From assembly GCA_965216635.1 (NCBI GenBank), contig OZ244188.1, forward strand, positions 2,330,644 through 2,394,643: a stretch of 64,000 nt of DNA. Reading direction: 5' to 3'. A program made the translations under genes and the position numbers. The notes under the pieces were generated by a model. The model was not told the DNA's origin and made no database searches. It was given only the letters and a program-made list of their open reading frames with translations. Source of the stretch: a bacterium. Its GTDB lineage: Bacteria; SAR324; XYD2-FULL-50-16; G965216635. Of the stretch, positions 29,280-39,773 are shown one piece after another. Numbering within the stretch: the stretch's first letter is position 1; each line of letters begins with the position of its first letter.

Positions 29280-29307
29280 AGATGGAAGCTTAGGCTTCCA
29301 TCTTTTG
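29280..29307 (+). terminator. Stem-loop/intrinsic terminator between dppA and dppB
   Basis: AGATGGAAGC-TTAG-GCTTCCATCT-TTTG. Confidence 0.7.
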
Positions 29308-29334
29308 AAGATTTCTTAAAAATCTTTATCTCCA

Positions 29335-30339
29335 ATGTTTGCTTTTCTACTCAAAAGAGTTAGCCTCATAATTCCTACCTTTATTGGAGTCACCTTACTC
29401 ACTTTTTTTATGATTCGTCTTGTTCCGGGCGATGCTATTGAAGTTAGGTCCGGAGAAAGAGGAATATCTGCCGAGCGCCACGCCGAACTTGCCGCTGAAC
29501 TTGGTCTAGATAAACCAATCCTTTCACAATACGCCGATTATGTAGGTGGATTATTTCAAGGTAATTTTGGAACATCTTTTGTAACCAACAAACCTGTTCT
29601 TGAAGAATTTTTAACGCTTTTCCCTGCTACCTTAGAGCTATCCATTGCAGCTATGCTGATAGCCCTTATTTTGGGTATACCACTGGGAGTTTTAGCAGCA
29701 GTAAAGCGAGGCACTGCTTACGATCACGGAGCAGTCACCTTTGCTCTTACTGGCTATTCCATGCCTATTTTTTGGTGGGCTTTAATTCTAATTTTATTTT
29801 TTTCTGTTGGGTTAGGTTGGACTCCCGTTTCTGGAAGAATTTCTGTAATCTATTGGATAGAACCTGTCACGGGCTTTATGCTTTTAGACAGTTTAATTTC
29901 TGGTGAAGCTGGAGCTTTTCGCTCCGCTGTTTCTCATTTGATTTTGCCTAGCCTAGCTCTATCTACCATTCCATTAGCTATTATTTTACGAATGACTCGC
30001 TCTTCTATGCTAGAAGTAATCAAAGAAGATTATATTCGCTCTGCTAGAGCGAAAGGGTTATCGCCATTTAAAGTGCTTTTTGTACATGCTTTGCGTAACT
30101 CTTTAATTCCTGTAATCACCGTTATAGGTTTAGTTGTTGGCACCTTGATGGGAGGAGCTATCTTGACCGAAACAATTTTTGCTTGGCCCGGTATCGGAAA
30201 ATGGATGATAGATTCTATTCACCGCAGAGACTACGCTGTGATCCAAAGCGGAATTTTAATTATTGCCTGCATAGTAATTTTTATTAATCTAGTAGTAGAT
30301 ATACTCTACGGAGTTATTAATCCTAGAATCCGTCGCTAA
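29335..30339 (+). CDS. dppB: Dipeptide ABC transporter permease
   Basis: GYSMPIFWW, EDYIRSARAKGL, ILTETIFAWPGIG. Confidence 0.95.
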   Translation: MFAFLLKRVSLIIPTFIGVTLLTFFMIRLVPGDAIEVRSGERGISAERHAELAAELGLDKPILSQYADYVGGLFQGNFGTSFVTNKPVLEEFLTLFPATLELSIAAMLIALILGIPLGVLAAVKRGTAYDHGAVTFALTGYSMPIFWWALILILFFSVGLGWTPVSGRISVIYWIEPVTGFMLLDSLISGEAGAFRSAVSHLILPSLALSTIPLAIILRMTRSSMLEVIKEDYIRSARAKGLSPFKVLFVHALRNSLIPVITVIGLVVGTLMGGAILTETIFAWPGIGKWMIDSIHRRDYAVIQSGILIIACIVIFINLVVDILYGVINPRIRR

Positions 30340-30482
30340 GGTCTATTATATTAATTTTTACTGTTACTAATTCTTTTTTTTATTTATATTTAGATTCCAA
30401 AAAACTTAACCCTAACGAAACCATTACTCAACCGTCACATAATGCCAATGCAAGGCTCTTGGTTTGTTTCTAAAATTATAAA

Positions 30483-31379
30483 ATGCTCAATTCTATATCT
30501 AAATCTAGCAAAACTAAAAATCTCACCCACCCCTTTTGGGATTTTTGGCGTTCTTTTCGTAAGAACAAAGCTGCTTCTATCGGATTATATTTTATCTTGC
30601 TACTTGTGGTTTTCGCTATTTTTGCGCCGTGGGTGGCTCCACATCCTCCTTTTGTGCAATACCGAGATTCTTTACTTGCCCCTCCTTTTTGGCAAGGAGG
30701 CAGTTTTACTCATTTTTTAGGTACAGACGATGTAGGTAGAGATATTCTAAGCCGTCTAATTTTTGGAGCAAGGCTCTCTCTCTTGATTGCTTTTCTGGTT
30801 GTATCCCTTGCTTTAGGACTTGGTATACTCTTAGGTCTGCTCGCTGGGTATATTAGAGGAACATTAGAAATTCTAATTATGCGGTTGATGGATATTTTAT
30901 TATCAATTCCTAGTCTTTTATTAGCTATTGCTATAGTGGCTATATTGGGACCCAGCCTACTTAATGCCTCCATTGCAGTGGCGATCATTCAGCTTCCCAG
31001 TTTTGTAAGATTGACTAGAGCAGCTGCTATTACAGAACTCAAAAAAGATTATGTTGTTTCTTCTAAAGTTTCAGGAGCGGGTGGGTTGCGTCTTATGTTT
31101 ATAACGATTTTACCGAACTGTGTTCCTCCTTTAATTGTGCAAGCTAGTCTCAATTTTTCTAGTGCAATTTTGGATATGGCAGCGCTTGGTTTTTTGGGTT
31201 TAGGGGCGCAACCTCCTTCTCCCGAGTGGGGAACTATGCTTGCCAATGCGCTCCAATTTATGCTTCGTGCTTGGTGGGTTGTAACCTTTCCCGGCTTAAT
31301 TATTTTACTTACTGTGCTATCTTTTAATTTAGTAGGAGATGGATTGAGAGATACACTAGACCCTAAAACAAAAAAATAA
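30483..31379 (+). CDS. dppC: Dipeptide ABC transporter permease
   Basis: LGTDDVGRDILSRL, LGFLGLGAQPPSPEWG, GDGLRDTLDP. Confidence 0.95.
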   Translation: MLNSISKSSKTKNLTHPFWDFWRSFRKNKAASIGLYFILLLVVFAIFAPWVAPHPPFVQYRDSLLAPPFWQGGSFTHFLGTDDVGRDILSRLIFGARLSLLIAFLVVSLALGLGILLGLLAGYIRGTLEILIMRLMDILLSIPSLLLAIAIVAILGPSLLNASIAVAIIQLPSFVRLTRAAAITELKKDYVVSSKVSGAGGLRLMFITILPNCVPPLIVQASLNFSSAILDMAALGFLGLGAQPPSPEWGTMLANALQFMLRAWWVVTFPGLIILLTVLSFNLVGDGLRDTLDPKTKK

Positions 31380-32386
31380 TGGCACTATTAGAAGTAAAAA
31401 ATCTCTCTGTTGATTTTCATTCTGCACAGAAAAATTTTCAAGCTGTGGACTCCATTAGTTTTGAACTTCAGGCTGGAGAAATTTTAGGTATAGTCGGAGA
31501 ATCAGGTTCAGGCAAAAGTGTTACTGCTTTAGCGATTATGGGATTGTTGGATACAAACAGTGAAATCAAAGCCGAAAAATTAAAATTCAACGGGATGGAT
31601 CTTTTAAATATGGATGCAAAAAAAAGAAGAAAAATTACAGGCGCAGATATAGCTATGATTTTCCAAGAACCTATTAGTAGTTTGGATCCTTGTTTTACCA
31701 TTGGCTACCAAATTATAGAAACCCTAAAGGTGCATCAAATCCAAGAAAAAAAAAAAGAAAGAGCCTTAGAATTACTACAGCAAGTAGGCATAGCTGATCC
31801 TGCGGCTTGCTTCAAGGCTTTTCCGCATCAACTTTCTGGAGGTATGAATCAAAGAGTAATGATTGCCATTGCCATCGCTTGCAGCCCCAAACTACTTATA
31901 GCCGATGAACCAACGACCGCTTTAGATGTAACCATTCAAGCTCAAATTATGGATTTGCTATTGGAACTACAAAAAAAAAGCAGTTTAGGGGTTATTTTTA
32001 TTTCTCACGACTTGGCTTTAATCTCAGAATCCGCTCACAGAATAGCAGTTATGTATGCGGGGCAACTTGTAGAAATTAGAAAAACAGCAGCGTTATTTCG
32101 TCACCCGCTCCATCCTTATAGCGAGGCTCTAATATCGTCTCTTCCTGAAAACTCTAAAGGTGAAAATCGTTTGAAAGTTTTATCTGGTTCTGTGCCCTCA
32201 GCAGCTGATAGTATTACAGGCTGTATGTTTCATCCTCGTTGTCCTTACGCTGTGGAAAAATGTCGCCAGCAACAACCAGAACTTATGGGAAAAAATACAG
32301 AAAAAGTAAGATGTTATTTTCCTCTCACAAATAAACAATCGTCCTTAAAAAATAATTCAAATATTGATTTAACTAAAGTAAAATAA
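31379..32386 (+). CDS. dppD: Dipeptide ABC transporter ATPase
   Basis: GESGSGKS, LSGGMNQR, IADEPTTALD, C-terminal C.FHPRC. Confidence 0.95.
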   Translation: MALLEVKNLSVDFHSAQKNFQAVDSISFELQAGEILGIVGESGSGKSVTALAIMGLLDTNSEIKAEKLKFNGMDLLNMDAKKRRKITGADIAMIFQEPISSLDPCFTIGYQIIETLKVHQIQEKKKERALELLQQVGIADPAACFKAFPHQLSGGMNQRVMIAIAIACSPKLLIADEPTTALDVTIQAQIMDLLLELQKKSSLGVIFISHDLALISESAHRIAVMYAGQLVEIRKTAALFRHPLHPYSEALISSLPENSKGENRLKVLSGSVPSAADSITGCMFHPRCPYAVEKCRQQQPELMGKNTEKVRCYFPLTNKQSSLKNNSNIDLTKVK

Positions 32387-32441
32387 TAAAAAATTATGTG
32401 CTAAATGTAGTTTTTAAGGGAAAACTAAATAATCTTTTAAA

Positions 32442-33485
32442 ATGAACAAAAACACTCCTGTTATAGAAGTAAGAAACTTAGACCGCCATTACCCTATCAA
32501 AAGGCTGTTCCAAAAAAATCAAATCGTCAAAGCAGTCAATGATATTAGTTTTAAACTAGAAGTCGGCAAGACTCTCGCCATAGTTGGAGAATCAGGCTGC
32601 GGCAAAACCACCCTCGCCAAAGTGCTTACCATGATTGATAAACCTAGTAATGGTTTTATTTTTTACGATGGACTAGATTTAAATCAATGTAGCAAAAAAG
32701 AAAAAAAAGAACTCCGCAAAAAAATCCAAATTATTTTTCAAAATCCTTATTCCTCTCTAAATCCAAGAAAAAAAATTGGTAGTATTATTGGCGAGCCTTT
32801 AATTATCAACACTAAATTCTCTGCTGCAGAGAGAAAGAAAAAAGTCCTTGCTATGATGCATAGTGTAGGATTAGAAGAGGGAATGTACGAACGCTACCCC
32901 CACATGTTTTCTGGGGGGCAAAGACAAAGAATAGCGATTGCTCGTGCTTTAATTTTAAAACCCAAAGTGGTGATTGCAGATGAACCTGTTTCTGCTTTGG
33001 ATGTTTCTATCCAAGCCCAAGTTTTGAATTTAATGAAGAATTTACAAGATGAACTCAAGCTAGCCTATATTTTTATTTCTCACGATCTATCCGTAGTAGA
33101 AAGAATTGCAGATAAAGTAATAGTGATGTATCTCGGAGAAATAGTAGAACAGGGTAAAACACAACTCTTATTTGATAAGCCTAGACATCCCTACACCCAA
33201 GCCTTACTAGCCAGCACTCCTAAAATAGATTCCAAAAAAAGAAAAAAAATTAAATTGCTAGGGGAAATGCCTTCTCCTTTACAAATTCCGCAAGGTTGCC
33301 CTTTTCAATCTCGTTGTAGATATATGCAAGCAATTTGTAAAAAACACCACCCTAAACTAGAAATTTACGATAATAGAATCGTCTCTTGTCTGAGAGTGCA
33401 TGAAATTGCCCATGAACAAAAAACTGGTGAACAAAAAACTGGTGAACAAAAAACTAGTAAAAAAAACATCGCTAGTCTAGGTTGA
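32442..33485 (+). CDS. dppF: Dipeptide ABC transporter ATPase
   Basis: GESGCGKT, FSGGQRQR, ADEPVSALD; tail has three 15-bp EQKT(G/S) repeats. Confidence 0.95.
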   Translation: MNKNTPVIEVRNLDRHYPIKRLFQKNQIVKAVNDISFKLEVGKTLAIVGESGCGKTTLAKVLTMIDKPSNGFIFYDGLDLNQCSKKEKKELRKKIQIIFQNPYSSLNPRKKIGSIIGEPLIINTKFSAAERKKKVLAMMHSVGLEEGMYERYPHMFSGGQRQRIAIARALILKPKVVIADEPVSALDVSIQAQVLNLMKNLQDELKLAYIFISHDLSVVERIADKVIVMYLGEIVEQGKTQLLFDKPRHPYTQALLASTPKIDSKKRKKIKLLGEMPSPLQIPQGCPFQSRCRYMQAICKKHHPKLEIYDNRIVSCLRVHEIAHEQKTGEQKTGEQKTSKKNIASLG

Positions 33486-33651
33486 ATCCGTATGTTTTTC
33501 TTTATAAAACTACTTTAATCTATAGAATTTTTTTTTTAAAAACACACTCTGTTTAAAATAACAAATTCGTCTAAATAGCTAACCAATAAGCTAGTTGTTT
33601 TTTTTATAAAAATAGACTACAAATTTGCTATAGATTTATATTTCTAAAATT

Positions 33652-34845
33652 ATGATTTTTGACCCTCTCAAAAAAGCTATAGCCGATATTAAGGCTGGTA
33701 AGATGATTATTTTGGTGGACGATGCCGATAGAGAAAACGAAGGAGATCTCTGTTGTTCGGCGGAAAAAATAACACCTGAGATTATCAATTTTATGGCAAA
33801 ACATGGACGAGGATTGATTTGCTTATCTATCACCCCAGAAGTAAATACCAGACTTGGTCTATGGCCCATGACTGCTCAAAACACTTCTAATTATGGCACA
33901 AATTTTACTGTATCCATTGAGGCTTCTAAAGGAGTGACAACTGGAATATCCGCTGCCGACAGGTCTCATACCATTTTAACTGCGATTGATGAAAAGGCTA
34001 CAGCTCAATCTATTACTATACCGGGTCATATTTTTCCTATTCTTTATAAAGAGGGTGGAGTTTTGCGGAGAGCTGGACAAACTGAAGGGTCTGTAGATAT
34101 TGCTCACCTAGCAGGCTTAAAACCAGCTGGAGTGATTTGTGAAATTATGAACGAAGATGGCACTATGGCGAGAAGAAATGATTTAAAAAAATTCGCTCAA
34201 ACTCATAATTTAACTATGGTATCTATTGCTCAAATCATTGAAACTAGGCTGAAAAAAGAAATTTTACTAGAAAAAACAGAAACAGCAAACCTACCTACGG
34301 CATTCGGACAATTCAGATTGCACGGATTTCGCAATCTCACTAATAACGAAGAATATGTTGCCTTGACTATGGGAAGCTGGAACGAAGACGAGCCAGTATT
34401 GACGAGAGTCCATTCTCAATGTATCACAGGGGATGTTTTTCATTCTTTAAAGTGCGACTGTGGTAATCAATTAGGACTTGCACTCAGTAAAATAGCCCAA
34501 GAAAAAAAAGGAGTTTTGCTTTACTTACCGCAAGAAGGAAGAGGTATTGGTATTTTTAATAAAATCCAAGCCTATCACTTGCAAGATATGGGGTTAGATA
34601 CCGTAGAAGCAAATATTCGCTTAGGGTTTCAATCAGACCTTAGAGAATACGGATTTGGAGCTCAAGCCTTAGTTTTGTTAGGAGTGAAAAAGATGAAATT
34701 AATGACGAACAACCCTAAAAAAATTGTAGGTTTGGAAGGTTATGGGTTAGAGATTTTTGAAAGAGTTTCTTTAAAAGACAAAGAAAACCAATTTAATACA
34801 GAATACCTCAAAGCAAAGAAAAAACTTATGGGCCACTTAATTTAG
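33652..34845 (+). CDS. ribBA: Bifunctional DHBP synthase / GTP cyclohydrolase II
   Basis: [49 protein letters not shown]. Confidence 0.97.
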   Translation: MIFDPLKKAIADIKAGKMIILVDDADRENEGDLCCSAEKITPEIINFMAKHGRGLICLSITPEVNTRLGLWPMTAQNTSNYGTNFTVSIEASKGVTTGISAADRSHTILTAIDEKATAQSITIPGHIFPILYKEGGVLRRAGQTEGSVDIAHLAGLKPAGVICEIMNEDGTMARRNDLKKFAQTHNLTMVSIAQIIETRLKKEILLEKTETANLPTAFGQFRLHGFRNLTNNEEYVALTMGSWNEDEPVLTRVHSQCITGDVFHSLKCDCGNQLGLALSKIAQEKKGVLLYLPQEGRGIGIFNKIQAYHLQDMGLDTVEANIRLGFQSDLREYGFGAQALVLLGVKKMKLMTNNPKKIVGLEGYGLEIFERVSLKDKENQFNTEYLKAKKKLMGHLI

Positions 34846-34903
34846 CTTGCTAATTTAGCCTGCTGATTTAGCTTTTTGCTTATTACTATTTATTTCATAG
34901 GCT

Positions 34904-35992
34904 ATGACTAGTGAAGTAATTCAAACGATTGTAAAAACAGCTTTTGCAGAAAAATTATTTACAAATATAGAAATTCTACTAGCAGCAAAAAATAAAATAT
35001 TATTTCAGCAAGCCTATTCTAATTCTACAGAAAACCCTCCGAAAAAAAATTCCATCTATGATTTAGCTTCACTCACTAAACCTCTGGCTACATCTTTGGC
35101 GGTAATGAAATTGATAGAAACGGGGAAGCTTTCTTTAAAAACTCCAGTCGCCGATTTTTTCGCAGAATATAAGGAAAAAGAAAAAAGTAAAGTTACTATT
35201 TGGCACTTGCTAACGCATACTTCGGGTATGTCTTCTGGGGCTGAAGATTTTTATTTACCAGATTGGAATCAAAAGAAATATTTTAAAACGCTTCTAAATC
35301 TTCCTTTAGAAAGAGAGGTAGGTTTTTCTGTTGTCTATTCTTGTCTGGATTTCATCTTGCTTAGTCAGATTGTTTCCAAAGTGAGCGGACAATCTTTCAG
35401 AGAATTTTGTATAAAAAATTTCTATCTTCCTTGCAATTTAAAAGATACTCATTTTAGTCCCATTAAAACCAATCAAGATCAAAAAAATAAGAGACGGCTT
35501 ATTCCCACCGCCTACGATGAATATACTCAAAAATATTTACTCGGCATAGTGCACGATAAAAAAAGCAGACTTTTCGCAGATGGGAGTGGCAACGCAGGTT
35601 TGTTTTCTACTGCAGAAGAAATCTATCTACTCTGCCAAAACTTATTGAATAGCCAAAAAGACAATTCTCCTTTTTTATTGAAACCAGAAACTATCAACCA
35701 AATGTGGCAAAACCAAACCTTTGGTAAAAATACAAGTTGGGGTTTAGGTTGGGTCTATTTTGATGGTAGTCTAGACTATTGCCATCTTCCTCCTTCAATA
35801 GATAATGGCACGGTTGGACATCTAGGTTTTACTGGAACTTCTTTTTTTATAGAACCTAAAAGAGAGGCTATCTATATTATTTTAAGCAATCGGCTACATC
35901 TAAGTTACGATGAAAATTTAGAACAAATGAAAAATTTTCGTCTCAAAATCCACTCCTTACTTTGTGAAATGCAAAGAGCCTCATCTTCATAA
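34904..35992 (+). CDS. Serine hydrolase, beta-lactamase class C family
   Basis: DLASLTK, LLTHTSG, YSCLDF, VHD, GNAGLFS, GHLGFTGT. Confidence 0.9.
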   Translation: MTSEVIQTIVKTAFAEKLFTNIEILLAAKNKILFQQAYSNSTENPPKKNSIYDLASLTKPLATSLAVMKLIETGKLSLKTPVADFFAEYKEKEKSKVTIWHLLTHTSGMSSGAEDFYLPDWNQKKYFKTLLNLPLEREVGFSVVYSCLDFILLSQIVSKVSGQSFREFCIKNFYLPCNLKDTHFSPIKTNQDQKNKRRLIPTAYDEYTQKYLLGIVHDKKSRLFADGSGNAGLFSTAEEIYLLCQNLLNSQKDNSPFLLKPETINQMWQNQTFGKNTSWGLGWVYFDGSLDYCHLPPSIDNGTVGHLGFTGTSFFIEPKREAIYIILSNRLHLSYDENLEQMKNFRLKIHSLLCEMQRASSS

Positions 35993-36038
35993 AAACCTAT
36001 AGTGATTTTTATAAAATTTTGATAGTTATAAAGTATGA

Positions 36039-36254
36039 ATGATAATATTAAGGAGACAAATAGGTTTTTATAAATTGCTTTTGAGTTTTGCTCTTTTGGG
36101 TGTTTTTGGCTTGGCGAGTTGGATTTGGAGGCTTTTTATTGGGGATACTGAACTAGAGGTTAGTTTTTATTTTGTTTGCTTTATTGCAGGCATTCTGGTA
36201 TTATTCGCTTTGGTCTTGGTGGGTGCTATTATTAAACTTATTAAAGAACTGTAA
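36039..36254 (+). CDS. Small two-TM protein
   Basis: 71 aa, two hydrophobic helices; its 3' part is duplicated at 37680..37736. Confidence 0.55.
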   Translation: MIILRRQIGFYKLLLSFALLGVFGLASWIWRLFIGDTELEVSFYFVCFIAGILVLFALVLVGAIIKLIKEL

Positions 36255-36444
36255 TTATGGAATATGTAGTAGTATATACTCTTATGGTATCAATAACAGC
36301 TATGTTTGGCTGGTTTGCTTATTTAGCTCATACTAGTGTTAAAGAAGTAAGAGCAGAAAAAGCAGCAATAGCCCTTGTATTGAAGAAAAAAGCAAAAAAA
36401 CAACGTCTTTCTAAAAAGAAAAGAGTCGTTTAGTTAGTGATTTT
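36198..36444 (+). repeat. ~250-bp direct repeat, copy 1
   Basis: Near-identical to 37680..37929. Confidence 0.9.
36257..36433 (+). CDS. Small single-TM protein with basic tail (58 aa; absent from the ORF track)
   Basis: MEYVVVYTLMVSITAMFGWFAYLAHTSVKEVRAEKAAIALVLKKKAKKQRLSKKKRVV; paralog at 37739..37921 keeps the frame. Confidence 0.6.
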   Translation: MEYVVVYTLMVSITAMFGWFAYLAHTSVKEVRAEKAAIALVLKKKAKKQRLSKKKRVV

Positions 36445-36516
36445 TATAAAATTTTGATAAACTAAAAAAATTGAGGTAAATCTAATTCAAACATACAGGC
36501 AACTAAAACTATAAAA

Positions 36517-36894
36517 GTGGCAAAAACAAATATTTCTTTTGGAAATATAATTATTTTTTTTTTTAATATAGTAACTACTGGGGCTTTAGCTGTTTGGGTT
36601 ATAATATTTGCTGAAATAAAGGTACCAAAAGAGGATTATTTTTTTAATGCTTTCGCATTAATATTTGGGGCATTAGCTTTGATTTTGACTACTTTTGCTA
36701 TATTTATTGGTGTATTGGCTGTTTTTGGAGTTAGCACTATAAGATCTTGGGTGACTGAAATCACAGATAAAGAACTTAAAAGACGTAATCAAGAAGATTT
36801 AGAGAAAAGTAATCAAAAAAGTAGAGAGAGTTTTAAGCCAAAAAAAGAAGAAACTAACAAATTTAAAAATCCAAAAGAATATGAAACCGAGTAA
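36517..36894 (+). CDS. Two-TM membrane protein with charged tail (paralog of 9026..9430)
   Basis: Same layout; IFGALALILTTFAIFIGVLAVFG vs IFGGLALMITILALGIAILSFVG; overlaps next gene by 14 bp. Confidence 0.75.
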   Translation: MAKTNISFGNIIIFFFNIVTTGALAVWVIIFAEIKVPKEDYFFNAFALIFGALALILTTFAIFIGVLAVFGVSTIRSWVTEITDKELKRRNQEDLEKSNQKSRESFKPKKEETNKFKNPKEYETE

Positions 36895-37372
36895 TTATTT
36901 TAATGATAATATGGATATTATCAGAAAGCATCAGAAAAAACCACCTCTAGATTTGAAAGCCTTAGCTAAAGATCTAGGAATAGGACTGTTTACTACAGAA
37001 GAATGGAGCGATAATATTTCTGGTTCTATTCTTCAAAATGAAAAAAGTAAAAGCGGATACTCCATCTATGTCAATGTCCATCACCATAAGAATAGACAAA
37101 GATTTACGATTGCTCACGAGATAGCTCATTTTATTCTACATAAGGATAAAATTGGAAATGGGATACAAGACGATGTCTTATTTAGAAGCAATTTAACAAA
37201 TCAATTAGAAAAAGAAGCCAATCTATTTGCTGCTGATTTACTTATGCCGTTGAATTTGATTGAAGAATCTTCTACTAGTGATATTGAAGAATTAGCCGAA
37301 AAATTTAAAGTTTCTCCACAAGCTATGGCAATCAAACTAGGCACATTAGGGGCTCCTTATGATTATAAATAA
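36881..37372 (+). CDS. Stand-alone ImmA/IrrE-family metallopeptidase (paralog of 9427..9921)
   Basis: RQRFTIAHEIAH, EKEANLFAADLLMP, C-terminal PYDYK. Confidence 0.9.
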   Translation: MKPSNYFNDNMDIIRKHQKKPPLDLKALAKDLGIGLFTTEEWSDNISGSILQNEKSKSGYSIYVNVHHHKNRQRFTIAHEIAHFILHKDKIGNGIQDDVLFRSNLTNQLEKEANLFAADLLMPLNLIEESSTSDIEELAEKFKVSPQAMAIKLGTLGAPYDYK

Positions 37373-37374
37373 GA

Positions 37375-37651
37375 TAGACTTTTGAATTTGCTTACCAAAG
37401 TTTAGCCAAAACAAGCTTATTGCTTTCACCCCATACAGGCTTTAGCAAAAGAGCCACTGGCTCTATATATTGTGTTAGCTTTAAGTTTTGTAGTGCCTGC
37501 TCCCATTATTGTGGCACTACGCCATTAAAAAAAATTTTTAACTCTTGCCATTTGTGAAGAAATGCTCTTCAGTATTCCTACGAGCTAAAATTTTTTTTCG
37601 CACCTGTTCTAACCATTTGGCTAGCCGTCACCAGCAAAATTCAAAGGTCTA
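37375..37651. mobile_element. Long modular palindromic element
   Basis: TAGACTTTTGAATTT...AAATTCAAAGGTCTA; shares modules with 13779, 17151 and 54674. Confidence 0.85.
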
Positions 37652-37679
37652 TAAGAGAAATGAGACTTGTAGTATTTTT

Positions 37680-37929
37680 GTATTATTCGCTTTGGTCTTG
37701 GTGGGTGCTATTATTAAACTTATTAAAGAACTGTAATTATGGAATATGTAGTAGTATATACTCTTATGGTATCAATAACAGCTATGTTTGGCTGGTTTGT
37801 CTATATAGCTCATACTGGCGTTAAAGAAGAAGAAGCAGCAGAAAAAGCAGCAATAGCCCTTGTATTGAAGAAAAAAGCAAAAAAACAACGTCTTTCTAAA
37901 AAGAAAAGAATTGTTAGTTAGTGATTTTT
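37680..37929 (+). repeat. ~250-bp direct repeat, copy 2
   Basis: Near-identical to 36198..36444. Confidence 0.9.
37739..37921 (+). CDS. Small single-TM protein (paralog of 36257..36433)
   Basis: 60 aa, near-identical N-terminal helix. Confidence 0.55.
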   Translation: MEYVVVYTLMVSITAMFGWFVYIAHTGVKEEEAAEKAAIALVLKKKAKKQRLSKKKRIVS

Positions 37930-39437
37930 TTTTTTAACATCCTAATCAAAACAAAAAATATCAAGCCAAAAATAAAAATTTTGATAGAATCAGTGAACCA
38001 ATTGTAATGCTTTGAATAAAAGCTGCCTCCAGAGTTTTTATCAAAAGGCATATTCACTACCCAAGCTCCCTCTTGTTGGTAAGGAGTTTTGAACAGTATT
38101 TTCCCATCTGGCATAGTTAGTGAAGAAGGTCCGTTGTTGATGGAATGCAGCAGGGGTAGACGATTTTCTACAGCTCTAATTCTGGAAAGATTAGAATGTT
38201 GTGTGACTTGAAATCGAGATTTATACCAACCATTTTGACTAGCGACAACAAAAACTTTACCTGCTCCATCAGCCCCAACAGACTGAGCAGCTACTTTTGG
38301 CACGATAGATTCAAAACAAATCAAAGGAACGATTCGCATACCAGAAATATCAAATACCTTCGCTTCTTTTCCAGCAGTAAATCCGTAAGAAAAATCCCCT
38401 AGTAGCCATCCGTAAAATTTATACAAAGGCAGGTATTCTCCAAAAGGCACTAAGGCTCTTTTGTGGTAAACATCTTGAAATATACCAAAATCATTGAGCC
38501 AATACATAGAATTGAATACTCCTTCTCTGGAGCGATAATTGTCTATAAAAAGAGTGGCAACCCTGAAAAAAGAAATCCAATTTTGAAAGCTTTCCTGCAC
38601 ACTCAAACTTGTCTGATAAGAATAGGTGTTGCCTTCTGGCCAAATCGCAAGTACTGGGTTTTGAGGAGAAATTTTTTCCATCAACTCCATTTCCAACGGG
38701 TATTCTTTAGAAAAACCTTCACGCGGAGGCTTATAAAAAAGAGAAGCCTTTCGGTTAGGCTGTACCAGAGCGATTTTTTTTGTTTGCCAGCTACTATATT
38801 TTTTTTGCCATTTGTTTTGTGCATAAATTCCCCAACTGAACCAAACAACGAATAGGGGTAAGCAAAGTTGCCAAGAAATTTTTTTAAGATTTTTTCTGTC
38901 AAAAAGCAGTTTATAAACAAGCACATTTGACAAACCCATTAGCCAAGTTAGAGCTTCAATTCCAGTCCATTCTATAGCTTGAAGAGCGGAAAGAAACTGG
39001 GCTTGCGTATCACCTAGTGTATAATTGAAAGTTGCAAAACTAGGAAGATATACAAAAACCAAGCAAGACGGAAAAAGTAATAACTCCGATACATTTGTGT
39101 TTTTTCTCAACCAATGAAACAAAATAAGAGCAACCGCTAAAATGTTACCTGTTCCAATTCCAAAAACTAATAAAAACAGATAATTTAAAGGAAACCCAAA
39201 TCCCCAGTGCAGCTGACTAAGGTTTGACATCCAATAAACTCCTGCTGTTTGGGACAAACTCCCGCAGATAAATCCTAAAAAATAGATTTTTTTATAAGAC
39301 AGCTTTTGAATAGCTAATAGAAGCGGTACAAAGGCTAACCAACTTAGAAAAAAAAAGGTGGGAAAAAGAAAAGGGAAAAAATAAAGAAATCCGCTAGAAA
39401 GGGCTAAAGGAATACTCCACTTTTCTAAGTTTTTCAT
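37914..39437 (-). CDS. lnt: Apolipoprotein N-acyltransferase
   Basis: Multi-TM N-terminus; VQPN, IWPE, K.ALVPFGEYLP, PLICFES, RAVENR. Confidence 0.92.
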   Translation of the reverse strand: MKNLEKWSIPLALSSGFLYFFPFLFPTFFFLSWLAFVPLLLAIQKLSYKKIYFLGFICGSLSQTAGVYWMSNLSQLHWGFGFPLNYLFLLVFGIGTGNILAVALILFHWLRKNTNVSELLLFPSCLVFVYLPSFATFNYTLGDTQAQFLSALQAIEWTGIEALTWLMGLSNVLVYKLLFDRKNLKKISWQLCLPLFVVWFSWGIYAQNKWQKKYSSWQTKKIALVQPNRKASLFYKPPREGFSKEYPLEMELMEKISPQNPVLAIWPEGNTYSYQTSLSVQESFQNWISFFRVATLFIDNYRSREGVFNSMYWLNDFGIFQDVYHKRALVPFGEYLPLYKFYGWLLGDFSYGFTAGKEAKVFDISGMRIVPLICFESIVPKVAAQSVGADGAGKVFVVASQNGWYKSRFQVTQHSNLSRIRAVENRLPLLHSINNGPSSLTMPDGKILFKTPYQQEGAWVVNMPFDKNSGGSFYSKHYNWFTDSIKIFIFGLIFFVLIRMLKKKITN

Positions 39438-39559
39438 TTTTTTATAGAGATTCTGATAGGTAGGCTAGATTAAAGTTTTACTTTATCATAATAAAATAGA
39501 ATTGTTGAAATTTTTTAAAAAACAATTTGCTTTTAATTTTTTTTATGAAATAACTAGTA

Positions 39560-39762
39560 TAGACCTTTGAATTTACCAAATAGGACAAAACTAGCTGTAA
39601 CGGCTAGCCAAATGGTTAGAAACTTTTGAATTTGCGTTCTATTTGGAAAATTCAAAAATCTATAGTATTAGGATTGAAAAATAAAAATAATAATCCTATT
39701 ATCAAACTTAATCTAACTTAGACCTTTGAATTTGCCAAATAGAACGCAAATTCAAAAGTCTA
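39560..39762. mobile_element. Cluster of short palindromic elements (39560..39662 and 39719..39762)
   Basis: TAGACCTTTGAATTT..AAATTCAAAAATCTA and TAGACCTTTGAATTTGC..GCAAATTCAAAAGTCTA. Confidence 0.8.
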
Positions 39763-39773
39763 TAATTTAAATC

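Noticed and set aside
30338..30346. AAGGTCTA after the dppB stop as an element end
   Set aside because: Only 8 bp with no partner end; could be chance
37545..37736. 63-aa ORF, and similar ORFs at 13681..13908 and 54352..54720
   Set aside because: They read through palindromic elements or duplicated sequence; no independent coding evidence
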